This document shows, one piece after another, positions 59,816 to 64,000 of a stretch of 64,000 nucleotides of DNA (the stretch's first letter is position 1; every line of letters begins with the position of its first letter). This stretch comes from a candidate division WOR-3 bacterium. Lineage in GTDB: Bacteria > Hydrothermota > Tepidihabitantia > Tepidihabitantales > Tepidihabitantaceae. The DNA lies in the NCBI GenBank assembly GCA_965649295.1, contig CBFGKH010000006.1, forward strand, positions 96,001 through 160,000, written 5' to 3'. The notes beneath the pieces are model-generated. The model searched no databases. It saw only the letters and a program-made list of their open reading frames with translations, and had not been told where the DNA came from. The position numbers and the translations under genes are program-made.

Positions 59816-60568
59816 GTGCCCGCTGCCAAGCGACCACTCATCCTACTGACCAACGACGACGGCATCGAGGCCCCTGGCCTCCGCGACCTCTATGCCGGCC
59901 TGCGCAACCTGGGTCGGGTCTGGGTCGTGGCTCCGGCTGTCAACCAGTCCGCTTCCAGCCATTCCTTCAGCCTCCGTAAGCCGATTCGGGTCTGGCGCCT
60001 CCGGCCGCGCTGGCTGGCAGTCCACGGCACCCCCACCGACTGTCTCTTGATATCCCATCACGGCATCCTCCGGCGAGAGATTGACCTAGTCTTCTCCGGC
60101 ATCAACGACAGCCCCAATCTCGGTGACGACGTCCTCTACTCCGGGACGGTCGCCGCTGCCATCGAAGGCACAATGCTCGGTATGCCGTCGGTCGCGGTCT
60201 CCTATGTCAACGCCGGCAGCAACCGCGACGTTGCCCTGCGACTGCTGCGCGGCCTGGTACCACTGCTCCTGGACGGCATTCTGCCCAAGAAATCGCTGCT
60301 CAATATCAACATCCCGGCTGAGCCGGTCAAGGGCATCCGGGTCACCCGCCTGGGCAAGCGCATCTACCGCGACATGGCCATCAAGCACTCGCTGCCTGAC
60401 GGCGCGGTCTCTTGGACAATTGACGGCGAGATGGGTTTTGATCACGTGCCCGGCTCGGACTTTGAGGCGGTTTACTCCGGCTTTGTCTCCATCACCCCGC
60501 TCCACCTTGACATGACCCATCACGCCGAAATCGCCCGGCTGCAGAAGGTGTTGGGCCGGCTGCTTTGA
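59816..60568 (+). CDS. surE: 5'/3'-nucleotidase SurE
   Basis: LTNDDG, GTPTDC, SGIN..PN.G..VLYSGTV. Confidence 0.96.
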   Translation: MPAAKRPLILLTNDDGIEAPGLRDLYAGLRNLGRVWVVAPAVNQSASSHSFSLRKPIRVWRLRPRWLAVHGTPTDCLLISHHGILRREIDLVFSGINDSPNLGDDVLYSGTVAAAIEGTMLGMPSVAVSYVNAGSNRDVALRLLRGLVPLLLDGILPKKSLLNINIPAEPVKGIRVTRLGKRIYRDMAIKHSLPDGAVSWTIDGEMGFDHVPGSDFEAVYSGFVSITPLHLDMTHHAEIARLQKVLGRLL

Positions 60569-60601
60569 CACTCGGCCCGCTGCCTCTATAATTCCGCCAC
60601 C

Positions 60602-61147
60602 ATGACACGTCAAGAGGCTTGGGCACTGGTCCAGTCGCGGGTGCAGAACCGCAACCTGCAAAAGCACATGCTCGCAACCGAGGCCTGCCTGCGCGGTCTT
60701 GCCCGCCGCCTGGGCGAGGACGAAGAACTGTGGGGCTTGGCCGGACTCCTCCACGACGTTGACTACGAGGAGACCAAAAACGACACCTCCCAACACGGCA
60801 TCCTTGGCGCCGAGTTGCTCCAGTCGCTCGGCATCGAGCCGGCCGTCGTCCATGCCGTCCGCGCCCATGTCGGCAACGTGCCGATTACCTCAAAGCTCGA
60901 TCGGGCACTCTTTGCTGCCGACCCGATAACCGGGTTGATTGTCGCGGCGGCGCTGATGCACCCGACCAAGCGGCTGGCCAACGTTGACACTGACTTCGTG
61001 CTTCGCCGTTACCAAGAGAAGAAATTCGCGGCCGGGGCCAACCGCGAGCAGATTGCCACCTGCTCCGAACTCGGCTTCAGCCTTGCCGACTTTACCGCCA
61101 TCTGCCTCGCGGCGATGCAGACCGTCGCCGCCGACCTGGGACTCTGA
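60602..61147 (+). CDS. HDIG-domain metal-dependent hydrolase
   Basis: KHM, GLLHDVD, AH, ADPITG, FAAG. Confidence 0.88.
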   Translation: MTRQEAWALVQSRVQNRNLQKHMLATEACLRGLARRLGEDEELWGLAGLLHDVDYEETKNDTSQHGILGAELLQSLGIEPAVVHAVRAHVGNVPITSKLDRALFAADPITGLIVAAALMHPTKRLANVDTDFVLRRYQEKKFAAGANREQIATCSELGFSLADFTAICLAAMQTVAADLGL

Positions 61148-61216
61148 TGCCCCGCCTCCAGCTTCGCCTTCTCATTCACCATCTGGCATTCTGCAGCTTG
61201 CCCTTTGGCCGCTGAC

Positions 61217-62080
61217 ATGGCATCGCTTTCGTTCCAGGACATCATTCTCCGGCTCCAGACCTACTGGGCCGAACGCGGTTGCGCCATCCTCGCGCCCTAC
61301 AACTCCGAGGTCGGCGCCGGCACCTTCAACCCCGCCACCTTCATCCGCGTCCTCGATTCGCAGCCGTGGAACGTCGTCTATTGTGAACCGTCCAAGCGAC
61401 CCCGCGATGGCCGCTATGCCCAGAACCCGCTCCGGGTTCAGCAGTTCTGGCAGTTGCAGGTGATACTCAAGCCGGCACCGGCCGATGTTCAGGACCAATA
61501 CTTGCACAGCCTTGCCGCCATCGGCATTGACCTCAAGGCCAACGACATCCGCTTCACTGAGGACGACTGGGAATCACCCACTCTCGGCGCCTGGGGCCTG
61601 GGCTGGCAGGTCGAACTGAACGGCATCGAGATTACCCAGTTCACCTACTTCCAACAGTGCGGCAGTATTGACCTGAGAATAATTCCGGTCGAAATCACCT
61701 ACGGTCTGGAGCGGATTGCGATGTTTGTCCAGAACGTTGACTCTATCTTCGCTGTCCGTTGGAACGACAAGCTGACCTGGGGCGACGTCTATCGGTTGAA
61801 TGAAGAGGAGTTCTCAAAGTTCAACTTCGAGGAGGCCGATGTTGACCTCTACCGGACAATGTTCGACCGCTTCGAGGCCGAGGCCCAGCGCCTGCTCAAG
61901 CTCGGCCTGGTGATGCCCGGCTACGACCACGTCATCAAGTGCTCCCACTTCTTCAACCTGCTCGAGGCCCGCGGCGCCATCTCGGTCTCCGAGCGCCGCA
62001 ACTACATCAACCGGGTCCGGCGCCTGGCCCGCCTCACCGCCACCACCTACCTGCAAAAGGTCGAGCCCGAGAACAAGTAG
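61217..62080 (+). CDS. glyQ: Glycine--tRNA ligase alpha subunit
   Basis: [36 protein letters not shown]. Confidence 0.97.
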   Translation: MASLSFQDIILRLQTYWAERGCAILAPYNSEVGAGTFNPATFIRVLDSQPWNVVYCEPSKRPRDGRYAQNPLRVQQFWQLQVILKPAPADVQDQYLHSLAAIGIDLKANDIRFTEDDWESPTLGAWGLGWQVELNGIEITQFTYFQQCGSIDLRIIPVEITYGLERIAMFVQNVDSIFAVRWNDKLTWGDVYRLNEEEFSKFNFEEADVDLYRTMFDRFEAEAQRLLKLGLVMPGYDHVIKCSHFFNLLEARGAISVSERRNYINRVRRLARLTATTYLQKVEPENK

Positions 62081-62163
62081 TTCCGCACCTGCCAACCGTC
62101 CGGTCCGGCCTGTCCTAGCTCTTCGCCATGCTGACTTGGTGCTGAACCGCCGCCACAAAAGCC

Positions 62164-62192
62164 GATGCCCGCCGACCCAAGCGGCGGGCATC
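62164..62192. terminator. Hairpin between convergent glyQ and clpB
   Basis: GATGCCCGCCG-ACCCAAG-CGGCGGGCATC; T-tract follows on the minus strand. Confidence 0.6.
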
Positions 62193-62242
62193 CTGACGTT
62201 CTGTAACAACTGCCGCTGGGAGAGTTACCATCGTCTCTCCCG

Positions 62243-62272
62243 GTCATCCCGAAAACCCTGTTCTCGGGAATC
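62243..62272 (+). repeat. REP-like palindrome
   Basis: GTCATCCCGAAAAC-CCT-GTTCTCGGGAATC. Confidence 0.55.
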
Positions 62273-62393
62273 TCCTGCTGTCCGACCTCCCTGAGGCCGG
62301 AACTAGCCAGCGGTCAAATGGCGTCGGGAGCGGGGAAACAAGGGGGTTATTTTTGGTGGGTTGGGAAGGAGGGATACCCGCTCCCGACAAATC

Positions 62394-64000
62394 TTACACT
62401 CCCGATTGTGCGCCCGAGGGCGAAAGAACGATCCGGCCATCCTCAACCGACACTCTTACCTCGGTCGGTCGGTCGCGAAGTATCAGCTCTGCGAGCGGAT
62501 TCTCCAGCAGCCGTTGGATTGTACGCTTGAGAGGTCGTGCACCGAAATCAGGGTCATAGCCTTCCTTCGCAAGAACGGCCTCAGCGTCATGACCGATTAT
62601 AAGGCTCACCCCTTCGGCTGTCAAGCTCGCCTTTAGCCGAGCAAGCTGGATATCAACAATCTTGCGAATGTCATCGCGCGTCAGCGGATTGAACACAACA
62701 ATCTCGTCAATCCGGTTGAGAAACTCCGGCCGGAAGTGCTGACGCAATAGCGGCATGATCTCCTCGCGAGCAACCCGGCCGCCCCGGGCAAGCTCGGTCC
62801 CGATGTTTGAGGTCATGATGATAATCGTATTCTTGAAGTCAACGGTGCGACCATGACCATCGGTCAGCCGACCGTCGTCAAGAATCTGTAGTAGCACGTT
62901 GAAGACATCAGGATGCGCCTTCTCAATCTCATCGAGCAGCACAACCCGATAGGGCCGGCGTCGCACTGCCTCGGTCAGCTGGCCGCCTTCCTCAAACCCG
63001 ACGTAGCCCGGTGGCGCGCCAATCAACCGCGAGACTGTGTGCCGTTCGCCGTATTCGGACATATCAATCCGAACCATCGCCTCTTCGGTATCAAACAGCA
63101 CCTGGGCAAGAGTTCGAGCCAGCTCGGTCTTGCCCACGCCGGTTGGCCCGAGGAAGATGAACGAGCCAATCGGCCGCTTCGCATCGCCAATCCCGGCTCG
63201 GGCCCGGCGAATCGCGTTGGCCACCGCGCTCACCGCCTCATCCTGGCCAACCACCCGCTTGTGAATCTCCTCCTCCAGCCGCAGTAACTTCTGCCGCTCC
63301 GATTCAAGCAGGCTCTGCAAGGGAATCCCGGTCCACTTGGCAACAACCTCGGCGATGTCCTCCTCGGTCACCTGCTCGCGCAGCAGGCGGTTGCCCTTCT
63401 CCTTCGCCTTAATCTCGGCCAGCCGCTTGCGCAGCTCGGCCAGTCGGCCGTACTCCAGCTCGGCTGCGCGATTGAGGTCATACTTCCGCTTGGCGGCCTC
63501 GACCTCGTTCGTCACGCGCTCAATCTCCTCCTGCAGCCGCGAAAGCTCCTCAACCTCCCGGCGCTCGGTTTCCCATTGGGCGGTGAGTCGGCGCTGCTCC
63601 TCGCGCAGGTTGCCAATCTCCCTTTCGATTTCGGCCAGCCGCTGCTGCGACGCCTCATCCTTATCGCGTGCTAGCGATAGTTTCTCCATCTCCAGTTGCA
63701 GCAGCTTGCGGTCAACCTCGTCAAGCTCCACCGGCTTCGAGGTAATCTCCATCTTCAGCTTGGCCATCGCCTCATCAACGAGGTCAATCGCCTTGTCCGG
63801 CAGGAAGCGGTCAGAGATGTAACGGTTGGAGAGCACCGCGGCCGCCACCAGTGCCGCATCGGTAATCTGGACGCCGTGGTGCACCTCATACCGCTCCTTC
63901 AGGCCCCGCAGAATCGAAATCGTCTCCTCAACTGTCGGTTGGTCAACAAAGACCGGCTGGAATCGGCGCTCCAGCGCCTTGTCCTTCTCGATGTACTGCC
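62394..64000 (-). CDS. clpB: Chaperone ClpB (5' part outside window)
   Basis: [18 protein letters not shown], coiled-coil middle domain, [13 protein letters not shown]; frame open to the window edge. Confidence 0.95.
   Translation of the reverse strand, partial: QYIEKDKALERRFQPVFVDQPTVEETISILRGLKERYEVHHGVQITDAALVAAAVLSNRYISDRFLPDKAIDLVDEAMAKLKMEITSKPVELDEVDRKLLQLEMEKLSLARDKDEASQQRLAEIEREIGNLREEQRRLTAQWETERREVEELSRLQEEIERVTNEVEAAKRKYDLNRAAELEYGRLAELRKRLAEIKAKEKGNRLLREQVTEEDIAEVVAKWTGIPLQSLLESERQKLLRLEEEIHKRVVGQDEAVSAVANAIRRARAGIGDAKRPIGSFIFLGPTGVGKTELARTLAQVLFDTEEAMVRIDMSEYGERHTVSRLIGAPPGYVGFEEGGQLTEAVRRRPYRVVLLDEIEKAHPDVFNVLLQILDDGRLTDGHGRTVDFKNTIIIMTSNIGTELARGGRVAREEIMPLLRQHFRPEFLNRIDEIVVFNPLTRDDIRKIVDIQLARLKASLTAEGVSLIIGHDAEAVLAKEGYDPDFGARPLKRTIQRLLENPLAELILRDRPTEVRVSVEDGRIVLSPSGAQSGV

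Overview
GC-rich bacterial chromosome segment with no transposase, integrase, phage or CRISPR-Cas genes recognised. The gene content and the many secreted proteins ending in an FlgD-Ig/T9SS-like C-terminal domain suggest a diderm candidate-phylum bacterium such as WOR-3 (inference only). Housekeeping content: an MrfA/MrfB-like helicase/exonuclease pair, five tRNAs (Glu, Gly, Cys, Leu, Lys), a SurA/PpiD-like chaperone, a partial V/A-type ATPase operon (C-F-A-B), an EF-P paralog, an ABC-2 exporter, pdxA, a transformylase-only purH, glmS, glmM, a YgiQ radical SAM, hutH, rex, a two-component pair, surE, glyQ and the 3' part of clpB. Most notable observations: (1) three lipoproteins with thioester-domain-like motifs, two apparently circularly permuted; (2) an operon with two fibre-like paralogs that share a near-identical N-terminal module, plus a tiny CTD-bearing partner protein; (3) an unannotated 20-aa lysine-rich peptide with its own promoter, leader, strong RBS and terminator; (4) a promoter-linked structured ncRNA candidate; (5) a nine-PAS protein with no output domain; (6) pervasive leaderless-type promoter architecture; (7) several families of dispersed non-coding and in-frame repeats. 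All calls come from reading the sequence; no searches were run.
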